A stretch of 62,628 bases of DNA, counting the filler, from Pseudobdellovibrionaceae bacterium (GTDB taxonomy: Bacteria > Bdellovibrionota > Bdellovibrionia > Bdellovibrionales > UBA1609), in the NCBI GenBank assembly GCA_030591685.1. It is 5 parts of 5 records of this genome, joined end to end, with 100 filler letters (N's around TTAATTAATTAA, not from the genome) between each part and the next. Parts side by side here need not be neighbours in the genome. Positions count along the whole stretch, not along the records: positions 31,995 to 51,765 come from JAUVAX010000040.1; positions 51,866 to 60,876 come from JAUVAX010000067.1; 3 more parts are not named here. One strand, given 5' to 3'. The position numbers were made by a program, and so were the translations under genes. Shown here one piece after another: positions 47,782 through 56,907 of the stretch. The notes under the pieces were generated by a model, which was given only the letters and a program-made list of their open reading frames with translations, was not told the origin of the DNA and ran no database searches. The first letter of the stretch is position 1. Every line of letters begins with the position of its first letter.

Positions 47782-48495
47782 TTACTTATTCAAATGTGTA
47801 GTTTTTTTTGATTGGGCTATGTATATAGTGCCAAAAGAAGTGCCGCCTTTTACAGGGTTGTCAAATTCAATAGTATGAGACTTAGAGGTATCAAATACTT
47901 TGCCGAGCAGGTCTGTAAATGAGTTTTGTGGCTTTCCGTCAGCCCACATAGCAAAGACACCACCAGGGTTTAAGTGCTCGGCCAGTTCAGATAGCCCCTC
48001 ATGTGTATAGAGTTGCTTATTAGCGGGGTTTAAAACAAAGTCAGGAGTGTGGTCGATATCTAACAATATCGCATCGTGCTTTTTTAAAGACTTTTTAAGG
48101 TTAAAAAAATCGCTATGTACGAGCTCACAGCGGCTATCCCTAGTTAGTTTTTCTCCCATTGGTACTAAGCCTTTTTTATGCCACTGAATCACTTCATCTA
48201 AAAATTCAATAACAACTAATGACGATATTCGACTGTCTTCAAGGGCCGCTACGGCCGTGTAGCCTAGTCCCAATCCCCCCACGACGACATCAAGCTTATC
48301 TTTGTTTAACTCGGCCAACCCCAGGTGGGCTAGCTTGTCTTCGGCTTCGTGAAAAAGACTGGTCATTAAGAACTCCTCGCCTAATTTAACCTCATAGATA
48401 TCAAGGTCACCAAACTGTACCATCCTACGCCTGCGTAGTAGGAGGTCACCAATGGCAGTGGGTTTAAAATCGATCTCTTCATAGGATAAGCTCAT
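47782..48495 (-). CDS. spermidine synthase-like SAM-dependent transferase
   Basis: VVVGGLGLGYT, DAILLDIDH.P, L.PGG...W. Confidence 0.85.
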   Translation of the reverse strand: MSLSYEEIDFKPTAIGDLLLRRRRMVQFGDLDIYEVKLGEEFLMTSLFHEAEDKLAHLGLAELNKDKLDVVVGGLGLGYTAVAALEDSRISSLVVIEFLDEVIQWHKKGLVPMGEKLTRDSRCELVHSDFFNLKKSLKKHDAILLDIDHTPDFVLNPANKQLYTHEGLSELAEHLNPGGVFAMWADGKPQNSFTDLLGKVFDTSKSHTIEFDNPVKGGTSFGTIYIAQSKKTTHLNK

Positions 48496-48699
48496 ACAAT
48501 AGTCCTTCTAATTCATACCCTGTTATGTACGAAATTTTAATAGATGTATACTTATTTAAACCTTAGAAGAAGGGGAACTAAGGTGTAGGGAGTGACCCAG
48601 AGCTAGTAAGGAAGCATATTTACTGTCAGAATCACTTGATAAGCACCAGCCCCGCCCAAACTGTGAGAGGTCGATAGACGGGGTAAAATTATTTTCAAT

Positions 48700-48769
48700 G
48701 CCAGGCACTTGAACACCTGAGGTTATTAAAAGCTTACCTTTAGTGTAATGTCTGAGTGTTACGATTTAG
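48700..48769 (+). repeat. diverged 70-bp direct repeat, copy 1
   Basis: 47/70 ungapped identity (hand count) to 50462-50531. Confidence 0.6.
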
Positions 48770-49025
48770 ATCATCTGTGCCATCAGTTACGTTCACAAAT
48801 TTGTCCATCTAGTTGCTCTGGTCTGCCTTCAGGGTCCTCCTGTAAACTGACGTCAGGGTTTATGAATTTTATAATAACGACAGTTCACGGGTGTCGTTAA
48901 GGGTCAAATCACAAGGTAGTTTTATGTAAAAATATAACATAAATGTAGTGCCGGAGCTAGCCCCTTTTAGTAATAAATTGACTCAAGCTTTACTTTTAAT
49001 CAAGCTTCTTAAAAGGGGACTTTTT

Positions 49026-49745
49026 ATGGGATTCAGTGTACAGGCTACAAACCTATCATATGGTGTTAAGGGTAACCCTAATATTTTAAATGATTTGAGT
49101 ATTGACATCGCTCCTGGGCAGCTCGTCGCTGTATTGGGAGAAAATGGTGCCGGTAAAACCACGTTTCTTGATTTACTAATGGGTTTTCGAAAACTTACTA
49201 GCGGTCAGCTTAAACTAGAAGGTCAAACCCCTCACGATGATCTCTGGGAGCTAAGGCAAGACATTGCTTACCTCTCAGAAAAGATAGATATCGAGGGGGA
49301 CTGGTCAGCAAACGAATTTTTAGAATTTAATAGGTTTTTTTACAGAAATTACTCAAAAGAACTAGAAGCAAAATTTTTGGATCTGTTTCGAGTTAATTGC
49401 TCCAGCAAAATAGCAAATATGTCTGCAGGTGAAGTTAGGCGGGTACAAATTGTAAGTGCCCTCGCGACTCAGCCAAAGCTGGTCATTGTTGATGAAATTA
49501 CAGCGGTGATCGACATCGTAGGGCGAAGACAGTTATTAAAAATTTTAGTAGATATGAACAGGGATACTCAATGTACCGTAGTTTTTGCTACGAATATTTT
49601 AGAGCATCTAGAAATTTATGCTTCGCATATAATGCTTATTAAGCATGGAGAATTACAAACGTTTGAGACTTTAACTGATTTTTTAGGTGGCAAAAGTAAG
49701 AGTGAATTTTCTCAAATAGTGGCTGACATACTGGAGGAAAAATGA
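49026..49745 (+). CDS. ABC transporter ATP-binding protein
   Basis: GENGAGKTT, MSAGE, VIVDEIT; ATG follows AGGGG. Confidence 0.92.
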   Translation: MGFSVQATNLSYGVKGNPNILNDLSIDIAPGQLVAVLGENGAGKTTFLDLLMGFRKLTSGQLKLEGQTPHDDLWELRQDIAYLSEKIDIEGDWSANEFLEFNRFFYRNYSKELEAKFLDLFRVNCSSKIANMSAGEVRRVQIVSALATQPKLVIVDEITAVIDIVGRRQLLKILVDMNRDTQCTVVFATNILEHLEIYASHIMLIKHGELQTFETLTDFLGGKSKSEFSQIVADILEEK

Positions 49746-50395
49746 TTGCTCATTTTATTGCAAGAGATTTTCGCACTTATAAAATCTCCTGGATTCTTTT
49801 AGCTCTGATTACGTGGCCAATGACTTCTGCAGTACACGATCTTAATGTTTTTTGGCATTACATTGGACTCGTTTACTTTTATTTTGGAATTAGGCCTCAG
49901 AACAGCTTTTTTGGTTCCACATTGAGGATTCAGAATATAATGTCACGAAATTATATGCTAGCTCTGCCCGTTAAAAGAAAAAGTATGTTTTTAATTATTC
50001 ACTATCGTTGCATGATTTACTGGGTGCCCTTTATTAGTTACTATTTGGCAACCATATATTTTTACTTTATCGTTAAAACCCCTGTAGTTTATTTCCCTAG
50101 ATATGTGCTAATCCTCATATATGCGTTAACACTTTTTTTTGGGGTAGTATTGATAATCAATCTTTTGAATATTTTGATGAGTCTAATCGGGAATTCCATA
50201 CTTACTTCGAGGCAGAGAACTATAAAAGGGGCAATGTTGGCAGTGCTTTTTTCCAGTGAGTTCATAATAATGTACTTTGCTTTTTTTAGTAGCCTAATGT
50301 TATTTATAAGCCCTCTTGTACCGCTTGTAATTGTTATGGTATTTGCTGTCGCAAATTATACATACGCAAGAAAACTCTGGTTATCCCAGCGCTGA
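49742..50395 (+). CDS. ABC-2 type permease
   Basis: ATGA-coupled to the ATPase; about 6 TMs; LALPVKR motif. Confidence 0.75.
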   Translation: MIAHFIARDFRTYKISWILLALITWPMTSAVHDLNVFWHYIGLVYFYFGIRPQNSFFGSTLRIQNIMSRNYMLALPVKRKSMFLIIHYRCMIYWVPFISYYLATIYFYFIVKTPVVYFPRYVLILIYALTLFFGVVLIINLLNILMSLIGNSILTSRQRTIKGAMLAVLFSSEFIIMYFAFFSSLMLFISPLVPLVIVMVFAVANYTYARKLWLSQR

Positions 50396-50461
50396 TTTTT
50401 TTTAGGGAGATTAAAATAGTATAATCACATGGGGGCTGAGTAAAAAAAAATAATGTAAGTC

Positions 50462-50531
50462 GCCAGGCACTTAAGTACCTTAAATCATTTAATACCCGCC
50501 CTCAGTACTAGATATGAATGTTGCGATTTAG
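50462..50531 (+). repeat. diverged 70-bp direct repeat, copy 2
   Basis: Matches 48700-48769. Confidence 0.6.
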
Positions 50532-50754
50532 AGTCTCTGCCCCTCTTGTCATTGTTATCAGTCCCCTTGATCCTAAGGGGCTGCTCGCTCTCGCTTGAAG
50601 ACACATTAAGGTGCTGCCCATTAAACTTATTCTGACAAATCTAGCGCCAATAACAGGATGAACGTCGGTGATCGCTGAATGAGTTATGACAAGAGCGAAT
50701 ACAGCTGGTCTTCGCTGAGTAGTGCTTTCATTAAAATATTATCGCTGATATTAT

Positions 50755-51147
50755 ATGTTAATGTATCGCTATGTAATTTTGGGCATGATTTTGCACTCCT
50801 ATGAGGTGTCATCAACTTCGTTAAATAATCCAATGTCAGCGTATTTTTATATTGAACAAGTAAACCCTTATATGAACACAAATGTCTTTAAAAAAGCAGG
50901 CTATAACGTAAAGGGTTTAAAGTACATCTATGGCCCCAAACTTACAACGTTACCTAGTGCCTTTAGAGTAAGGAGCGCCATGAAAAAGGCGCAACTAGGG
51001 AAGGAAACAAAAACATGGAGTCAATTAGATCTTGATACACTATGTATCATGGCCACTACTAGAAAATTGAAATATTTAGAAAAAAAATATTCTAATATTT
51101 CAAATCAAAAATTAAGGATTTTAAAGCGAGAACTACAGGGTGGTTAA
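50755..51147 (+). CDS. hypothetical protein (start uncertain)
   Basis: 130-aa ORF overlapping the next gene. Confidence 0.5.
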   Translation: MLMYRYVILGMILHSYEVSSTSLNNPMSAYFYIEQVNPYMNTNVFKKAGYNVKGLKYIYGPKLTTLPSAFRVRSAMKKAQLGKETKTWSQLDLDTLCIMATTRKLKYLEKKYSNISNQKLRILKRELQGG

Positions 51148-51638
51148 AGAAAATCGTTTAATTAAAGTTATTGGCCCGCTGTTAATAGCATTCAGCTGTA
51201 TGATTTCTCATGCTGAAATTCTTTATATTGATATGAACGACACAATAAATGGTAGAAAGGCGGCGATTGAAGCCTCACAGGGGCGTGGTGAAAATATTTC
51301 TTTTTTTCCGGCGCCAGGCTCAAAGACTATGGGAGATAAAGAGAGTTTTAAAAAATTTATTCAACAATCGGCTGCAAACAAAAAAAGTTTACCACAATTA
51401 TAATATCAGGTCACGACGGCGGGGGTACTTTCGGAGGCAAGAGTGGCCAATTAACTAGGGGAGACATCACAGAAGCAATCCCCCCGGAAATGAGAGACGC
51501 GGTGAGGTCAATATATCTTGACGGGTGTTATACCGCCACAGCACACGAGGTCTCAGAGAATGGTTGGAATGGTACTTTTCCAAACTTAGATTTTTTAGCC
51601 GGTTTTGATAAGAAGGGGCCTCTTGATAGTACTCCAGC
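51140..51638 (+). pseudogene. secreted clan CD (caspase-like) peptidase, frameshifted and IS-interrupted
   Basis: Signal peptide; a -1 shift at the A7 run 51380-51386 gives TIIISGHDGGG...SIYLDGCYT...FPNL..LAGF; ends at an IS3 terminus. Confidence 0.65.
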
Positions 51639-51765
51639 TGACCGTATCCCCAAAAGCTGGAGAGTTTGATATTTCTTACACAATGAGTTAAAAGCTCATG
51701 ACAAGGAGATCAAATGAAGTCAAGATTCACAACCGAGCAAATGGTTAAAATAATTGAGGAATGCC
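51639..51765 (+). mobile_element. IS3-family left end with start of orfA (contig breaks inside it)
   Basis: 5'-TG terminus; AAGGAG RBS; ATG at 51714 gives MKSRFTTEQMVKIIEEC, a typical IS3 OrfA N-terminus. Confidence 0.75.
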
Positions 51766-51865
51766 NNNNNNNNNNNNNNNNNNNNNNNNNNNNNNNNNNN
51801 NNNNNNNNNTTAATTAATTAANNNNNNNNNNNNNNNNNNNNNNNNNNNNNNNNNNNNNNNNNNNN
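51766..51865. other. artificial contig linker
   Basis: N run with TTAATTAATTAA. Confidence 0.98.
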
Positions 51866-51992
51866 CCGCTATCAAGAAGCCCTGCTAAACGAGACAGCAC
51901 ATAGCACTGAGTTTTTGATTGAAAGAAAAACTGCAGGTCCGGGGTTTCCGAAAATGGGTTTTTACTAAAATTGTAAAACTCGTTAAACATAA
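51866..51992. repeat. 127-bp terminal direct repeat of contig 4, copy 1
   Basis: Identical to 60750-60876. Confidence 0.97.
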
Positions 51993-52290
51993 GTGCCTAT
52001 GTCCTTAAAAAGTTTAAAGTTTTCCAGTTATCTATTCGGTCTTTATAGACACCTTTATAAGTCCAGTTCAGGCTAGACCTTAGGTTAGTTTTAAGCCTTA
52101 ATGTTATCTGTTTAACTTTAGGTTACTAAGGGTCTGTGGGCCGCACAGGCTTTTTATTTATACCTGTTAAAAAGAGACTCAGTATTTTAAATTCGTTCAA
52201 ATAGGACCCCGTGTTGCAAAAATTTTAGAAATTACATAAAATATAAAAAATGATACTTTACATCTGTTTAAAACAAATCAAGTAAGAGTC

Positions 52291-52827
52291 ATGGCTAAAA
52301 TTAAGGGAGCTCAAGTGATCAGAAAGAATAAACGTGGATTTAGCCTTATAGAAATCCTAATGGCCTTACTTATTATCGGAATCCTCTCAGCTATTGCTAT
52401 CACAACATTTATCAACTTTGCCCCAGAGGCCAGGCAGGCCTCATTAGAGTCTAACTTAGCCATATTGCGAAATGCCATTGCCGCCCAGTACTCACAAATG
52501 CAGCTACGTTGTGACACCCTGGCCGGGGTGTTTCCACCTTTTGCAAACTTAGTAGCCAATGACATCACTTTAGCGGCCACTCCGTGCACCGCAGCAGAAG
52601 TTCCGATCAGCTCTGAAAGATCGTTTGTACAGGGCCTCATACCCGTAAGCCCCTACACAAGCCCCAGCGTAAATACTGTCATTGATTGCACCGCCGGCCC
52701 TGGCGACTGCGTGAGGGGTGACGCCACCTCCTGCAATGGTGTCGCCTTCACAGAACAGTGGTGTTACGACCCTACAACCGGTGAAATTTGGCTTGATTCT
52801 AGTATTGTGACCCGCGAAGCTACATAA
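52291..52827 (+). CDS. type IV pilin/pseudopilin-like protein
   Basis: KRG|FSLIEILMALLIIGILSAIA class III leader with E5; 6 Cys; W.YD..TGE C-terminus. Confidence 0.9.
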   Translation: MAKIKGAQVIRKNKRGFSLIEILMALLIIGILSAIAITTFINFAPEARQASLESNLAILRNAIAAQYSQMQLRCDTLAGVFPPFANLVANDITLAATPCTAAEVPISSERSFVQGLIPVSPYTSPSVNTVIDCTAGPGDCVRGDATSCNGVAFTEQWCYDPTTGEIWLDSSIVTREAT

Positions 52828-52852
52828 AAACATTTTTTTTTGGAGCCCTTAG

Positions 52853-53302
52853 ATGAATAAAAATGGCTTTACCCTTGTAGAAATTTTAATGGTCCTGATA
52901 CTTGTTGGTATTCTGTCGGCCATTGCTTTCCCTGCATTTGTAGACTTTAGCAATGACGCTCGCGTTGTCACAACGACAGAAAAGCTCAATGAGTTTAAAC
53001 GAGCTATCATCGGCGACCCCAGAAGAGTTGCAAATGGTCGTCACCTAGACCCAGGCTTTGAAACTCATCGAGGGGCCCTGCCTGCAGCTCTCACTGACTT
53101 AACCACTCAAGGAGCACAGCCTGCTTACAATCCCTTTTCAAAATCTGGATGGAGAGGTCCCTATATTTCTGACTCCAGCACCGATTGGAACTTAGATGCC
53201 TGGGGGACTGCTATTGTATATAACGCCGGAGCACGAACCCTCACCTCATACGGAGAGGACCTGGCCGTTGGCGGCGGAGACGACATCATTGTTTCATTTT
53301 AA
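52853..53302 (+). CDS. GspG-like major pseudopilin
   Basis: KNG|FTLVEIL; P..L..L, GWRGPY, DAWG....Y, SYG.D...GG.DDI. Confidence 0.9.
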   Translation: MNKNGFTLVEILMVLILVGILSAIAFPAFVDFSNDARVVTTTEKLNEFKRAIIGDPRRVANGRHLDPGFETHRGALPAALTDLTTQGAQPAYNPFSKSGWRGPYISDSSTDWNLDAWGTAIVYNAGARTLTSYGEDLAVGGGDDIIVSF

Positions 53303-53470
53303 ATGTTTTTTACTAAAGGCGTCGTGGCTTTTTAATGCAATTAATTTTCTTTACCTCGGCTCATCTTATACTTTTAAATTTAAGCTCTTAACACATAGCT
53401 TTTTTAAAAACATAAGGCACCCTTTATCTTATAAATTCAGGCCTATAAAACTAATAAAAATAGATCTTTA

Positions 53471-53875
53471 TTAAGCACTCGAAGTGGTTTGCGAGTTTTT
53501 GCTCTGAGGCTGCTGTAAAAACTCATGTAATTCATTTAAAATGCTGTCCTCTTTTAATTGTGAGGATGAAATATTTTTCATAAAGTCTTCATTGTTTTTT
53601 TCAACCTCTTTAAGTTCTGGCAGCACTAAGGTGCTTAAACTTGAATTCACAGCGGGCTTTTCTGGCTTACTAATATACTTATTTTTTATTTTTTTAAAGG
53701 TTTTTTTAGTGCCCTCTTTCATTTCGTAAAAGGCCTCTACTATAAAAAATAAGTGAAGCAATAAGGTCATTGATGTGGCAATTAATATATTACTTGATAC
53801 TCCATTTTGCCAAATCATAAGCATAAAAAAGTCTACAAAAAATAACACTAAAACCATTAACGAATAATTTTTCAC
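53471..53875 (-). CDS. hypothetical two-TM membrane protein
   Basis: AAGGAG RBS with GTG start; two hydrophobic helices and a charged tail. Confidence 0.75.
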   Translation of the reverse strand: MKNYSLMVLVLFFVDFFMLMIWQNGVSSNILIATSMTLLLHLFFIVEAFYEMKEGTKKTFKKIKNKYISKPEKPAVNSSLSTLVLPELKEVEKNNEDFMKNISSSQLKEDSILNELHEFLQQPQSKNSQTTSSA

Positions 53876-53908
53876 TTTACTTGTCTCCTTGCACCTAACA
53901 CTTCTATC

Positions 53909-54940
53909 TTACTTTCTAGCTACTTTTTTTTCGGAGGCATTATTCAAAGCACCTGGCTTGGTTACAAAGACTTGCACTTGAGCCCCTAAGTTTTCATCTA
54001 CCTGTATCACAACAGTGTCCCATCCATATTGTTTTTTCAAATAAGAACTTAATATTTTAGCGTAATTACTGGATAGTCGTTTGTCTTTTTTAATTACAAT
54101 TCGCTCAACATTAAACCTATTCTTTTTTATAGACCTCACTACTCTTGAAAACTTTTTTGCAGGCATATTACTAATTCTTAATGGTCCTTTATCTATCGCT
54201 AATAGCGAGGCACCTTCAAGGGTTAATTTAATTGTATTTTTATTTTCATCTAACTGCACTTGCTCTTCATAAAACATTTCATTAAACTTTGAAACTGCTG
54301 ATTTCACAGTAGCCACAGGGACAGGATTAGTCTTTCTCTGTACGGCTTGCATAACTTCTCTTCTTATGCGAAAAAACTTTTTTATTCTTTGAAGCTTACT
54401 AAGCCTTACCGTCAATGCGTTTGTTTGACGATCAATCTCATCAACAACAGTCATAAGTTTACTTTTTTTACTCGTTAAATCCTTTAACACCGCTTGATCC
54501 TTATTGACGGACTCCGCGACAAGGGCTTTAACTCGATTCATTCTGTCTTCAAGGGGGTCTACTGTTACGTTCACTTCATTATTAATTCCCATTTTTTCTT
54601 CTACTGATTTTGCAAGTTCTGAATTCACTTTAGGCAACTGTGTACTTTCGTGAACAGAGGCGACGGCAACTTTTATTGCCTTTTTTGGTTGATTTGGGCT
54701 TACCCTTAATGACCCTGAAGGGTCTAAAAATTCACCCTGGAGTTTTTTAATAGCCTTTGTTTGTCTCGATTTTACTGCAGAATCTACCTCAGACACCATC
54801 ACTTCTGACCCTTGAGACTCTCCCTTAATGGATTCAAAAAAGTGCGTAATACTGCCTGGCATGAGCAGAGTATCTAATAAAAGGCCTACCCATCCAAAAA
54901 AAACAATGATGCTAGCAAGTAATATGAGTTTGTTTTTCAT
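53909..54940 (-). CDS. membrane-anchored coiled-coil protein
   Basis: GGGAGA RBS; N-terminal TM, central heptad-rich region, alpha/beta C-terminal domain. Confidence 0.8.
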   Translation of the reverse strand: MKNKLILLASIIVFFGWVGLLLDTLLMPGSITHFFESIKGESQGSEVMVSEVDSAVKSRQTKAIKKLQGEFLDPSGSLRVSPNQPKKAIKVAVASVHESTQLPKVNSELAKSVEEKMGINNEVNVTVDPLEDRMNRVKALVAESVNKDQAVLKDLTSKKSKLMTVVDEIDRQTNALTVRLSKLQRIKKFFRIRREVMQAVQRKTNPVPVATVKSAVSKFNEMFYEEQVQLDENKNTIKLTLEGASLLAIDKGPLRISNMPAKKFSRVVRSIKKNRFNVERIVIKKDKRLSSNYAKILSSYLKKQYGWDTVVIQVDENLGAQVQVFVTKPGALNNASEKKVARK

Positions 54941-55223
54941 TTAATTTCTCCCCTGAAATCTGAATAACAAATCTTCCCTCTTGGAAGTTCATATAAATTA
55001 TCGTCAATTCGTTAAAATCACATGAGTCCTGTTTTTCATTTTTATACAGTACTTATGTAGAGTTAAATGAGCTCAATCCACTGGATTTATATTTGTTTTA
55101 TACCTATCAACACCTTAGGCCAGCCTTTCCCTAAACCTAAGCACAAGTTCTGTGCTTTAAAAATTTGACTCATTTTTTATACCTAGTTATTATTAATTAA
55201 GAGGAATTTTATTAGGAGTTTAT

Positions 55224-56063
55224 ATGTCAAAGACAAAAACGAAAAAAAGTACAACGGAAAAATCAAAAGTAAAAATAAAAGCCACTAAGCCCAGTAGAGC
55301 AGTGCCATATACTTTCGCCGCTTTATTTTTATTTTCAGCCGGATTTGGGCTAGGGGTTCGATTTGGCGGATCTTTTGAACTTAATAAAATCAAACTCTCA
55401 GTCCTTCAACCTTCAAAAAAGATTTTACAGGCCCTCAATAGTAACCTCACTCAAGATGAAGTCGACTCAGTGACTCTTTCAAATTTAGAGCAAGAGATTG
55501 TTGACGAGGCTACAGGCGAAATTGCTAAAAACAATCATCGCACACAAAACCACCTTGAAACGGTCACGTTGAAACCCGCAGCAATGAAAGGCGAGCTACG
55601 CTCACCTGCCGAGGCCACAGGCTCTTTAAATGAGGCTGAACAGCAGGATAAAACCTTTCTCTCAGACATGGAAGATACAATAAATGAGGAAATCTCTAAA
55701 ATCCAAAAGGGGCTTAAAAACTCACCCCATAAAAGCCCTGAAGGGGTAAAAGTCGCCAGTACTAGAAAAATAAAAATGCCAGCCCGAAGAAAGTCAAAAG
55801 CTCAGGCCTCTACAACTCCAGTAAAAGTTAAATACACAATACAAGTCAGTTCTTACCGCAAGCTTAAAGCCGCTCAAAACAAGGTCAATGCCTTAAAGTC
55901 TTTAGGTCTGGATGCTTTTCACTCAGAAGCCGTAGTTAAAAGCTTAACATGGTACAGAGTTAATGTTGGTCATTTTGAACGCACTAAACAGGCTCGGGCT
56001 TACCAGCCCACACTTCACTCGACGGCTGGGCTAAAAACCTCCACCGTACAAAATCTTTACTAA
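55224..56063 (+). CDS. SPOR domain (peptidoglycan-binding) bitopic protein
   Basis: TM, disordered linker, YTIQVSSYR...A......L...G.....WYRVNVG.F. Confidence 0.92.
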   Translation: MSKTKTKKSTTEKSKVKIKATKPSRAVPYTFAALFLFSAGFGLGVRFGGSFELNKIKLSVLQPSKKILQALNSNLTQDEVDSVTLSNLEQEIVDEATGEIAKNNHRTQNHLETVTLKPAAMKGELRSPAEATGSLNEAEQQDKTFLSDMEDTINEEISKIQKGLKNSPHKSPEGVKVASTRKIKMPARRKSKAQASTTPVKVKYTIQVSSYRKLKAAQNKVNALKSLGLDAFHSEAVVKSLTWYRVNVGHFERTKQARAYQPTLHSTAGLKTSTVQNLY

Positions 56064-56237
56064 GGGATAGAGCCTATGTTTTATTCAAAACACAGGCTTT
56101 AGTTCACTATCTTAAAAGTATTTTTTAAAATAATTCTAAAAACAATTTTTTAAAGCCTCTATTTTTTAAAACCTCTATTGAGGTTTTAAAATTTGGCTTT
56201 CATGAATTATAGGCTTCAAAGTTAGGTTGTTAAATAT

Positions 56238-56747
56238 TTAAAAATTTCTTGTAATATCATCGACAGCACCTGCATCATCAGTCTTATTAGGTCCCCAACT
56301 CCTAAGAAGGCCTGTGGTGGGGGTGATCTGAGAGTAAAAAAAGGCGGTACTCCAACCATCTGTAATGTGCTCATTGGGGTTTTCTTGAATGTAGGGGTCA
56401 ATATAAGGGCCACACCAACCTTTGATTTTAGAAAGAGCTGTGTCTGAAGTGCAGCCTACAGCTCCAACATCTGTTAATAAATAAGCCAAAGAAATAGGAA
56501 CTTCTGCTGAAATATGGTCAGTCCTGTACACTTCGATGGCAACAAGCAAATCGTCCATATTTTTTACTGTGACAGAGATAGCATTTGAATCTTCAGAGGA
56601 GTCCGAAACCACCATCACTATACTTCCAAGAACAGTGACCACTGTTATAAAAGCGATGAGGGCCATAAACCCCAGCCCCGACGAACGGGACAAGCTCGGT
56701 CGATTTGAATTATTATGTTTCGTTTGCTTTTTTATTACACCCATCAC
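56238..56747 (-). CDS. GspG-like pseudopilin lacking E5
   Basis: LG|FMALIAFITVVTVLG; GWCGPY, DGW....Y, RSWGPN..DD...DDI. Confidence 0.8.
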   Translation of the reverse strand: MMGVIKKQTKHNNSNRPSLSRSSGLGFMALIAFITVVTVLGSIVMVVSDSSEDSNAISVTVKNMDDLLVAIEVYRTDHISAEVPISLAYLLTDVGAVGCTSDTALSKIKGWCGPYIDPYIQENPNEHITDGWSTAFFYSQITPTTGLLRSWGPNKTDDAGAVDDITRNF

Positions 56748-56907
56748 CCGTCCACAGTACCAAATATATTCGCCCTATCACAACTAAAAAAAAATGGCCT
56801 CCTTTGACCCTTTTTCGTGGGCCTTAAGTCATAGGATGATTTTCATAAATACAAAAAAAAAGGTATAATACCCTTAACCCTCATCAATTCTTTTTGGAGG
56901 CTTTATT

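Noticed and set aside
51866..51992. The 127-bp duplicate read as a biological att site/LTR or a second exeA fragment
   Set aside because: It lies exactly at both contig ends, is identical, and matches a standard k-mer size; best read as assembly overlap.
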